64,000 nt of DNA, taken from the NCBI GenBank assembly GCA_963662645.2, contig OY759762.1:1933160-1997159 (forward strand), read 5' to 3'. The notes under the pieces were generated by a model that was given only the letters and a program-made list of their open reading frames with translations, searched no databases and had not been told where the DNA came from. Numbering within the stretch: the first letter of the stretch is position 1; every line of letters begins with the position of its first letter. Of the stretch, positions 56,435 to 64,000 are shown piece after piece. This DNA is from Acidimicrobiales bacterium. Its GTDB lineage: Bacteria > Actinomycetota > Acidimicrobiia > Acidimicrobiales > Aldehydirespiratoraceae. Position numbers and translations under genes: made by a program.

Positions 56435-58564
56435 ATGCTGATGAGAGATCCCCGCTACGACATTCTGTTCGAACCGATAAGGATCGGCCCCAAAGTGCTG
56501 AAGAACCGGTTCGTGCAGGTTCCTCACTGCACCAACTTCGGAACGGATCTGCCCGCAAGCCAGGCCGGTGTGCGGGCCATGAAGGCAGAGGGCGGATGGG
56601 CTCTGGTCAACACTGAGTACTGCTCGATCCACCCTGAATCGGATGACTATCCCCGCAATTTCTGCCGTCTGTGGGACGACACCGACGTGAGCAACCTCTC
56701 GGTCATGACCGAGGCAGTGCACGCTCACGGCGGGCTCGCCGGGGTCGAGTTGTGGTACGGGGCGGCCCACTCCGGCAGCTACGAGTCCAGAATCCCCGTC
56801 CGGGGGGTATCACAGCTCAACTCCGAGGACTTCTACGACCAGTCCTGCTATGAGATGTCGGTGGAGGAGATCCACGAACTGCAAGGGTTCTATGTGGATG
56901 CGGCCCGGCGAGCGGTGCGGGCCGGGTTCGATGTCATCAATGTCTATGCCGGCCACTTCCACACGATCGCCCTGCAGTTCCTCGGCCCGTTCTACAACAA
57001 GCGGACGGACCAGTACGGCGGCAGCTTCGAGAACCGCGCCCGGTTCCTGAAGGAGACGCTGGAGAAGGTGCGCGAGGCGGTCGGCGAGGAGGCCGCCGTC
57101 GGCACCCGCTTCAACATCGACAGCCTCAGAGGCTCCGATGGCATAGAGGTAGACAAGGACGGCTTGAAGCTGATCGAGCATCTCGACCACCTCGTGGACT
57201 TCTGGGACCTGCACATCGGCAGCATCACCAACTGGGAGGAGGACACCGGCCCCTCCCGGATGCGCGAAGAGAACTGGTGCGCGCCCTGGATCGGCAGGGC
57301 CCGCTCGGTGTCGTCCAAGCCGATCATCGCGGTCGGGCGCTACGTCAGCCCCGACGTGATGGTGGATGTGATCCGCTCCGGCACCGCTGACATCATCGGG
57401 GCCGCCCGCCCCTCCATCGCCGACCCGTTCCTGCCGAAGAAGATCGAGGAGGGCCGGATCGAGGACATCCGCGAGTGCATCGGCTGCAACGTATGCATCG
57501 CGGTGGTGTGGGGGGTCGGCTCGCGGCTGGTCTGCACCCAGAACCCCACGGCCGGCGAGGAGTACCGCCGCGGTTGGCACCCCGAGAAGTACTCGCGAGC
57601 CTCCAACCACACCAGGACCGTCCTGGTGGTGGGCGCCGGGATGGCCGGGCTCGAATGCGGGATGGTGCTCGGCGCGCGGGGCATGGCGGGGGTGCACATC
57701 GTCGAGGCCCGTTCCGAGCCCGGCGGCACCATGGCGTGGATCCCGAACCTGCCGGGATTGGGGGAGTGGCGCCGTGCCGTGGGCTGGCGCGAGTCGCAGA
57801 TCGAGAGGCTCGACAACGTCGAAGTGATTCTCAATCGCCGGCTCGACGTTGACGACGTGCTCGACTACGGCGCCGAGATTGTTGTGGTCGCCACCGGATC
57901 GGAATGGGCCTCCGACGGCGTCAATCCGCTCACCCACGAAGCGATTCCGGGCGCGGACGCCGGCCTGCGGAATGTGTTGACGCCCGAGCAGATAATGATC
58001 GACGGCAAGCCGGTGCCCGGTACCTCGGTGGTGATCTACGACACCGACGGGTATTTCGTCGGCCCCTCCCTGGCGGAGATGCTCGCGGCCCAAGGCCATG
58101 CTGTGCGCCTCGTGTCGCCCCAGGCCGAGCCCGGGCACTTTCTTCACATGACCGGCGAGTTCGGCCACGTCACCAGCCGCATCTACGAACTCGGTGGCGA
58201 CATCGCAGGCAACTGCTCCATCAGCCGGATCGAGCCCGGCCGTGTCCTCGCCGAACACCACTACCGGGAAGGCTGCGCCGAATGGGAGGCGGACGCGGTC
58301 GTTCTTGTAACCCAACGGATCTCCCGAGACGGGCTGTATCGCCACCTGATCGCCGACCAGGCCCGACTAGCTGAAGCCGGGATCGTGGCCGTCCACCGCG
58401 CCGGTGACTGCATCGTTCCCGGGATCGTGGCCGATGCCGTCTTCTCGGGCCACCGGCTGGCTCGCGAGATCGACACCAACAATCCCGACCAGCATCAGCC
58501 CTTCGAGCGCGAGCGGCTCGTCCTGCCCGTGCGGGCGCCGCTCAGAATCGGCAGTGCAGCGTGA
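56435..58564 (+). CDS. Trimethylamine/dimethylamine/histamine dehydrogenase-family flavoprotein, paralogue B
   Basis: YDILFEPIRIGPKVLKNRFVQVPHCTNFG, KAEGGWALVNTEYCSIHPESDD, RTDQYGGSFENRARF, IIGAARPSIADPFLPKKIEEGR, CIGCNVCI...VCTQNPTAGEEYRRGWHPE, VLVVGAGMAGLE. Confidence 0.85.
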   Translation: MLMRDPRYDILFEPIRIGPKVLKNRFVQVPHCTNFGTDLPASQAGVRAMKAEGGWALVNTEYCSIHPESDDYPRNFCRLWDDTDVSNLSVMTEAVHAHGGLAGVELWYGAAHSGSYESRIPVRGVSQLNSEDFYDQSCYEMSVEEIHELQGFYVDAARRAVRAGFDVINVYAGHFHTIALQFLGPFYNKRTDQYGGSFENRARFLKETLEKVREAVGEEAAVGTRFNIDSLRGSDGIEVDKDGLKLIEHLDHLVDFWDLHIGSITNWEEDTGPSRMREENWCAPWIGRARSVSSKPIIAVGRYVSPDVMVDVIRSGTADIIGAARPSIADPFLPKKIEEGRIEDIRECIGCNVCIAVVWGVGSRLVCTQNPTAGEEYRRGWHPEKYSRASNHTRTVLVVGAGMAGLECGMVLGARGMAGVHIVEARSEPGGTMAWIPNLPGLGEWRRAVGWRESQIERLDNVEVILNRRLDVDDVLDYGAEIVVVATGSEWASDGVNPLTHEAIPGADAGLRNVLTPEQIMIDGKPVPGTSVVIYDTDGYFVGPSLAEMLAAQGHAVRLVSPQAEPGHFLHMTGEFGHVTSRIYELGGDIAGNCSISRIEPGRVLAEHHYREGCAEWEADAVVLVTQRISRDGLYRHLIADQARLAEAGIVAVHRAGDCIVPGIVADAVFSGHRLAREIDTNNPDQHQPFERERLVLPVRAPLRIGSAA

Positions 58565-59412
58565 CTGCGGCAGTCCAGGCCTACCGGCGCCCGACCGATC
58601 TCGATGCAGCCCTCGCGTTGCTGGCCGCCGCTGGCAGTCTCCCCCTGGCCGGAGGCACGGACTTCGTGCCCATGCAGCGCTCGCGCTCGATCAACCCCGC
58701 CACCATCATCGATCTGAAGCACGTCCCCGAGTTGCGCCGGGTCGAGGCCCGCAACGACCACGTGACTGTCGGCGGCTGCGTGACCATGGCTGAGATCGGT
58801 GCGCTCCGAGGAGTTGGGATCGGCGCGCTCACCGATGGCGCCAACTATGTGGGCGGCCGCCAGACGCGGGCCCGGGCAACTCTGGGGGGAAACGTGGCCC
58901 GCTCCTCGCCCGCGGGCGACACGCTGGCGCCCCTGCTGGCTCTGGACGCGGTCGCACGGGTGGCTGGGGTCAGCCACGGCGGCCGAGACATGCCGCTGAG
59001 CAGTTTCTTCGTCGGCCCCGGCCAGAACCGGCTGGAACCGGGCGAGATCATCACCGAGATCGTGGTTCCGGCCGCGGGGGCGTCGGCCTATCTCCGTTTC
59101 ACCTACCGGTCCTGGATGGACTTGGCGGTGTCCGGCGTAGCCGTCTGGATCCGACCGGACGGTGCCGGCTTGGCCGAGGCCCGGGTGGCCTTGTGCGGCG
59201 TCGGACCCACCCCGCTGCTGGTTCCGGCGGCCGCCGCGGCCCTCGTCGGCCCGGAGCCCGACATGGCCGAGGCGTCGAGGGCGCTCGAGGCGGCCGCGCA
59301 GCCCATTGATGACGTCAGGGGGACGGCTGAGTACCGGCTGGCCTCGCTTCAGCCGCTGCTCTCCCGCGCGCTGGCCACCGCGATGTCTCGGGGCAGGGAG
59401 GAATGGCCGTGA
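58561..59412 (+). CDS. FAD-binding medium subunit of the Mo-hydroxylase (module B)
   Basis: LAGGTDFVPM and ATLGGNVARSSPAGD FAD motifs. GTGA overlap with the upstream gene. Confidence 0.88.
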   Translation: MTAAVQAYRRPTDLDAALALLAAAGSLPLAGGTDFVPMQRSRSINPATIIDLKHVPELRRVEARNDHVTVGGCVTMAEIGALRGVGIGALTDGANYVGGRQTRARATLGGNVARSSPAGDTLAPLLALDAVARVAGVSHGGRDMPLSSFFVGPGQNRLEPGEIITEIVVPAAGASAYLRFTYRSWMDLAVSGVAVWIRPDGAGLAEARVALCGVGPTPLLVPAAAAALVGPEPDMAEASRALEAAAQPIDDVRGTAEYRLASLQPLLSRALATAMSRGREEWP

Positions 59413-59915
59413 CGAGTAGTCCCGCCGGTAGCTCTATCTTGACCCTCGAAGTCAACGCGGAACCGCGCCGGGTCACCGTCGCCGCGACGACACTGCTGGT
59501 GGACGCCCTTCGGGACGGGCTCGGTCTGACCGGAGTCAAGCATGGGTGCGGAACCGGCGATTGCGGGTCGTGCACCGCCATGGTCGATGGCCAGGCGGTG
59601 ACCACCTGCCTCGTTTACGCGATGGAGTGTGACGACATGGCCATCGTTACCCCTGAACACGTCGCCGAGTCGGTCATTGGACGCATCCTGGTCGAGGAGT
59701 TCGTTACAGCCGGTGCAGTGCAGTGCGGCATCTGCATTCCCGGCTTCATCGTCCAGGCCGCCGCCGTGCTCGATGAGCTGGGGCCCGCTCCGGCACCGGC
59801 AGAGATCAAGGACGCCCTCGCGGGGAACATCTGCAGGTGCACCGGGTACTACCCGATCATAGCGGCCGTCATCGCGGCCGCTGCTCGCCTCGCCGCCGAG
59901 GGAGGTGCGTCGTGA
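59403..59915 (+). CDS. (2Fe-2S)-binding small subunit of the Mo-hydroxylase (module B)
   Basis: GCGTGDCGSCT and CGICIPG...CRCTGY motifs. Confidence 0.92.
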   Translation: MAVTSSPAGSSILTLEVNAEPRRVTVAATTLLVDALRDGLGLTGVKHGCGTGDCGSCTAMVDGQAVTTCLVYAMECDDMAIVTPEHVAESVIGRILVEEFVTAGAVQCGICIPGFIVQAAAVLDELGPAPAPAEIKDALAGNICRCTGYYPIIAAVIAAAARLAAEGGAS

Positions 59916-62179
59916 CAGCGCCCCATTCCCGATTCGGCGGCCGCTCCGACGCCGGTGCCAAGGCCGGCGGGCGGGCCGGATACACGGAGGATCTAGCACC
60001 CCCCGACGCGCTGGTGGGCGTGGTGGTGCGGGCCCGGTCGGCGCCATCGCGGGTCGCGGAGCTCGACGTCGACGCGGCCGCCGCCGTCGCCGGCGTCCGC
60101 TGCGTGCTCACCGCGGCCGATGTCCCGAAGGTGAGGATGGGCATCGTCGAGCAGGACGAGCCTGTTCTGGCCACCGACGTCCGCTATGTGGGCGAGCCCA
60201 TCGCCCTCATAGCGGCCACCGATCTCGACGCCGCCGAGGCCGGCGCGGTCGCGCTGGCCCCCACGCTGGCGGATACCGGGCCGCCGGCCGTGAGCATCGA
60301 GTCGGCCATGGCCGAAGGGGCTCCGCAAGTGGTGGCCGGGGAGGGCAACGTCAAGGAACCCTCCGCAGTAGAGCGCCTCGATGTCGATCGCGCTTTCGCG
60401 GACGCCCATGCCGTGGTGTCCACCACCGTTCGCACCGCCCGCGTCCACCAGGGCTACATCGAGCGCCGGGCCGCCATCGCCGCGTTCACGGAGGAGGGTC
60501 AATTGGTGGTCACCATGTGCTCGCAGGCGCCGTTCCAGGTTCGCCAGACCCTGGCCAGCCTGTTCTCGATGCCGCTGAACCGCGTCACCGTCAGGGTGCC
60601 CGCCTTCGGGGGTGGATTCGGCGGGAAGCTTCACAACGGTATGGCCCCTTACGCAGCCTGCCTGGCCCGGGTGACGGGTCAGACCGTTCGGGTCGCATCC
60701 ACCCGAAGCGACGAGCTTCAAGCGTCGAACCCGCGCGAGGCGTCCATCGTCACCCTGGAGACCGCGGTCAACGAGTCCGGCGATCTCCAGGCCCGCCGCG
60801 CCGTGGGTTACTACGACTCGGGGGCCTACGCCGTGGACACCGCCTTCATCACCTCCATGGGCGCGTTGCAGTCTGGCGGCCCCTACCAGATCCCGGCCGT
60901 GCGGGCCAGGATTCACGCCGTCCGGACCCACCTTCACTCCACCGGCTCGTTCCGGGCGCCGTCGGGTCCCCAGATGTGCTTCGCCAACGAGGTCCACATC
61001 GAGGACATCGCGGCCGGACTGGGTTTGTCGCCGGTGGAGCTTCGGCGGCGGAACTTGATGAGGGCGGGAGGTCTCGGGCCCACCGGGCAGTCCATCGAGT
61101 CGGACGCGGCTCTCGCCGTCCTCGATGAGGCCGAGGCGGTGATGGCGGCCTGGCAGGGTTCTCCGACACCGCCGCCCGACCCCCAGACGAAGGTCGGGAT
61201 CGGTCTGGCCATGAGTTGGTGGTTCACCGCTCCGGGCCACTCGTCAGCCACATTGCGGATGGAGGAAGACGGCAGCGCGACGCTCTTCACGGGGAGCACC
61301 GAGATCGGCACCGGCGCGGTGGTGAGCGGCGTAAGGGTCATAGTGGCCCGCCGGCTCGGCCTTGTCCCCGAGCAGGTCCACGTGGTGTCGGGCAACACGG
61401 AGACCACACCGCCCGACTTCGGCTCGGAGGGGTCGCGCACCCTCTACGGCGCGGGTACCGCGGCCATGCGGGCTGCCGACGAGGTCAGGGCCATCCTTGC
61501 CGAGGAATACGCCCGCCGGCTCGAGGCCAGCCTCTCCGACGTCCGTTTCACCGACGGCGCTCTGCAGATTGCGGGCAGCCCCGAGACGGCGGTCGCCATA
61601 AGCGAGTTGGTCGGGGCGGTGTCCATGGCGTCAGGGCCGGTCGTGGGAACCGGCCGGTTCCAGGCCGAGCCGGTGGCTTTCGACTCGGCCTGCGCGACCA
61701 ACATGCCCCTGCCCACCTTCAATGAGCCCACGTTCCACTGCCACGTCGCCGAGGTGCATCTCGATACTGGGCTGGGCCGCATATCGATACCCCGGTACCT
61801 GGCGGTCCATGACACGGGCACGGTCGTGGACCGCCAGAGCGTCATCGGCCAGATTGAGGGCGGGGTCGTGCAGGGCATAGGCCAGGCCCTGTTCGAGGAG
61901 ATCATGGTTGGCGAGAACGGGGCGACGGTGAACGACAGCCTCGTCGACTACCGGATGCCCACTATCTGCGACATTCCCCACGAGCTTGTGGTCAAGACGG
62001 TCGAGGACTTCCCGTCCAGGACCGGGCCGCTGGGCGCCAAGGGCATCGGGGAGGCCCCCGTGATGCTCGCTCCCGCCGCCCTGGCGTCGGCCATCCGGAA
62101 CGCGGCCGGCGTTCGCCTGACCGCGCTGCCACTGTCGGCGGACCGGGTGCTGGCCGCACTGAGGGAGCAGCGGCCTTGA
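59912..62179 (+). CDS. Xanthine dehydrogenase / aldehyde oxidase family molybdopterin-binding large subunit (module B)
   Basis: GGGFGGK, GSFRAPSGPQ and GAKGIGEAP motifs. GTG 59912 overlaps the small-subunit stop. Confidence 0.9.
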   Translation: MTAPHSRFGGRSDAGAKAGGRAGYTEDLAPPDALVGVVVRARSAPSRVAELDVDAAAAVAGVRCVLTAADVPKVRMGIVEQDEPVLATDVRYVGEPIALIAATDLDAAEAGAVALAPTLADTGPPAVSIESAMAEGAPQVVAGEGNVKEPSAVERLDVDRAFADAHAVVSTTVRTARVHQGYIERRAAIAAFTEEGQLVVTMCSQAPFQVRQTLASLFSMPLNRVTVRVPAFGGGFGGKLHNGMAPYAACLARVTGQTVRVASTRSDELQASNPREASIVTLETAVNESGDLQARRAVGYYDSGAYAVDTAFITSMGALQSGGPYQIPAVRARIHAVRTHLHSTGSFRAPSGPQMCFANEVHIEDIAAGLGLSPVELRRRNLMRAGGLGPTGQSIESDAALAVLDEAEAVMAAWQGSPTPPPDPQTKVGIGLAMSWWFTAPGHSSATLRMEEDGSATLFTGSTEIGTGAVVSGVRVIVARRLGLVPEQVHVVSGNTETTPPDFGSEGSRTLYGAGTAAMRAADEVRAILAEEYARRLEASLSDVRFTDGALQIAGSPETAVAISELVGAVSMASGPVVGTGRFQAEPVAFDSACATNMPLPTFNEPTFHCHVAEVHLDTGLGRISIPRYLAVHDTGTVVDRQSVIGQIEGGVVQGIGQALFEEIMVGENGATVNDSLVDYRMPTICDIPHELVVKTVEDFPSRTGPLGAKGIGEAPVMLAPAALASAIRNAAGVRLTALPLSADRVLAALREQRP

Positions 62180-64000
62180 AGCGCATCGGTATCGATGTCG
62201 GCGGTACCTTCACCGATGTCGTCGTGCTGGACGAGGACAGCGGCGCCACGTCGTGGTTCAAGTCCTCCACCGACTACGACAACCCGGCCGAGGGTGTTCT
62301 GGATGTCGTATCCGCCGCGTGCGGGCCCGGCGACCCCGTGTCGCAGATAAAGCTCGGAACCACCCTAGGTCTCAACGCCATCCTGACCCGCAGCGGTGCG
62401 GCCACCGGCCTGCTCACGACTCGCGGGTTCCGCGACGTCTTGGAGATCCGCCGGACCCACCGCAAACGACTCTTCGACCTGAACGAGACCGTGCCCGAGC
62501 CGCTCGTGCTGAGGAACCGCCGCGTGGAGATAACCGAGCGGATGTCGTCCTCGGGCGAGGTGGTGACCCCCCTCGACGAGGACGAGGTGCGACGGGCGTG
62601 GCGGCATCTGCGCAGCCAGGGCGTGACCGCGGTGGCGATCGTCTATCTGTTCGCCTTCGAGAATCCAGCCCACGAGCAGCGCACTTCAGAGATCGTCGTC
62701 GAGGAGGGCGGCGCCGAGGTGGTGCTCACTTCGACGGAAGTGCTTCCGGTGCTGAGGGAGTACGAGCGCACGTCCACCACCGTGGTGGCGGCCTACGTGA
62801 CCCCGGCCGTCCGGGGATACCTGGCCGATCTCGAGGCCAAGCTCGCCGGGCAGGGATACGGCGAGGGCCGCATATCGGTCATGACCAACTCGGGCGGCGC
62901 CATGGCCGCCGACATGGCGTCGAGGGCGCCGGTGCCAACACTGATGTCAGGGCCCGCTGGCGGTGTCGCCGCGGCCAAGTGGCTGGCTGAGCGGGCCGGC
63001 ATCACCAGCCTGCTCACGCTCGACATGGGCGGTACGAGCTGCGATGTGTCGGGCATAGTGGACGGCGTCCCCGACGAGCGCCTCGACATGGAGGTCGGCG
63101 GCATCGACGTCGCCTACCCGACCTTCGACATCCACACCATCGGCGCGGGCGGGGGCTCCATAGCGTGGATCGACTCCGGGGGCGCGCTGCGGGTCGGCCC
63201 CCAGTCCGCGGGCAGCACCCCGGGCCCGGCCTGCTACCGGAGGGGCGGCACGAGCCCGACGGTCACCGACGCCAACCTGGTGCTGGGACGGTACGACGCC
63301 AAGACCGTGCTCGGCGGGTCACTCACCCTCGACGCCGACGCCGCTCACGCCGCCATCTCCGAGCACATCGCGTCCCGGTTGGGCGTGAGCGTCGAGCAGG
63401 CTGCGGCCGGGATCCTGCGGATCGTCAACGCCCACATGGTGAACGCGGTCCGCGCGATCTCGGTGGAGCGGGGCCGCGACTCGCGCCGGTTCGCGTTGAG
63501 CGCCTTCGGCGGGGGAGGCCCGGTGCACGCCACCGACATCGCCCGCGAGCTTCACATACCGACGGTGCTCATCCCGCCGTTCCCCGGATGCACGTCGGCC
63601 TTCGGCGCGGCCATCTCGGTGTCGCGACAGGACATCCTCCGGTCGGTGGCCCGCGATGTCGACGAGCTCGATGTGGGCCATCTCCGGGATCAGCTGGAGT
63701 CGATGTCGGCCGAGGCCCGGGGCTCCCTCGCGCAGGAGGGATACCCGCAGGATCGCATGCGGACCGAGGTCTGGTTCAACTACCGCTACGCCGGGCAGGC
63801 CCATGACCTGGCCGTGCGGATGCCGGAGGGGGACCTCGACGCTGCTCGTCTGGCGACGTCGGTGGAGGACTTTCACCGCCTCCACGAGCAGCTCTACGGG
63901 CACTCGTTCCAGGACGTCTCCGTGGATCTAGTGACCATGCGCGTCGCGGGGTTCGCAATTCCCGATGATCCCGAGATGTGGTGGGACTGGGACTGGGCCG
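62176..64000 (+). CDS. Hydantoinase/oxoprolinase family protein (HyuA-type), 3' end outside the window
   Basis: Hand-translated frame-1 ORF absent from the track (open to the window end). Reads LKRIGIDVGGTFTDVV..., TNSGG, LTLDMGGTSCDV, IGAGGGSIAW, GPACYRRGG..PTVTDANLVLGR. TTG start overlaps the upstream stop (TTGA). Confidence 0.85.
   Translation, partial: MKRIGIDVGGTFTDVVVLDEDSGATSWFKSSTDYDNPAEGVLDVVSAACGPGDPVSQIKLGTTLGLNAILTRSGAATGLLTTRGFRDVLEIRRTHRKRLFDLNETVPEPLVLRNRRVEITERMSSSGEVVTPLDEDEVRRAWRHLRSQGVTAVAIVYLFAFENPAHEQRTSEIVVEEGGAEVVLTSTEVLPVLREYERTSTTVVAAYVTPAVRGYLADLEAKLAGQGYGEGRISVMTNSGGAMAADMASRAPVPTLMSGPAGGVAAAKWLAERAGITSLLTLDMGGTSCDVSGIVDGVPDERLDMEVGGIDVAYPTFDIHTIGAGGGSIAWIDSGGALRVGPQSAGSTPGPACYRRGGTSPTVTDANLVLGRYDAKTVLGGSLTLDADAAHAAISEHIASRLGVSVEQAAAGILRIVNAHMVNAVRAISVERGRDSRRFALSAFGGGGPVHATDIARELHIPTVLIPPFPGCTSAFGAAISVSRQDILRSVARDVDELDVGHLRDQLESMSAEARGSLAQEGYPQDRMRTEVWFNYRYAGQAHDLAVRMPEGDLDAARLATSVEDFHRLHEQLYGHSFQDVSVDLVTMRVAGFAIPDDPEMWWDWDWA

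Noticed and set aside
41121-62179. Recent large inverted segmental duplication of the flavoprotein plus M-S-L block.
   Set aside because: The protein pairs are only moderately similar by eye and the large subunits have different loop types. I saw no extended nucleotide identity between the arms. The shared order therefore looks ancient or functional, not a recent duplication.
62253-62990. 245-aa plus-strand ORF from the track.
   Set aside because: It is out of frame with, and entirely inside, the hydantoinase reading frame, and has Arg/Gly/Pro shadow composition.

Overview
High-GC (about 65-70% by eye) actinobacterial-type chromosome segment centred on the replication origin. An Acidimicrobiia-like origin is my inference only.

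1-24 kb is a compact, syntenic origin neighbourhood. It reads DUF721/DciA-like, recF, dnaN, dnaA | candidate oriC | rpmH, rnpA, yidD, yidC, jag, rsmG, parS, parA, parB. This is followed by a CwlM-like pseudo-amidase, trxA, trxB, an ECF sigma/anti-sigma pair, degV, a GNAT, an HDAC-family deacetylase, a CCA-adding enzyme, DUF5318, panB and rpsF-ssb-rpsR-rplI-dnaB.

24-41 kb holds plus-strand transport and metabolism genes:
- an acyl-CoA dehydrogenase, an acyl-CoA synthetase and a Liv-type ABC importer
- bioB, translationally coupled to the last Liv ATPase gene, plus a small Cys-rich ORF downstream
- a convergent PaaD/DUF59-like gene, TRAP dctQMP, an APH-type kinase and an LLM oxidoreductase

41-64 kb is the most unusual part. 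Two long, tightly coupled operons diverge from one 270-bp control region. Each contains a trimethylamine-dehydrogenase-family flavoprotein directly followed by a three-subunit xanthine-dehydrogenase-family Mo-hydroxylase (FAD, 2Fe-2S and Mo subunits). The minus-strand arm also carries a CUT2-type ABC importer with an internally duplicated (tandem) binding protein and an ATPase-permease fusion, plus an alpha/beta hydrolase. The plus-strand arm adds a class-III aminotransferase, an LLM enzyme and a hydantoinase. No regulator gene is visible in this part.

I saw no rRNA, tRNA, CRISPR array, transposase, integrase or phage genes. One short palindromic repeat element occurs twice, and one copy rewrites the yidD 3' end. 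Several short intergenic tandem repeats are also present.

All calls rest on reading the ORF translations and the DNA by eye. No searches or computations were run.
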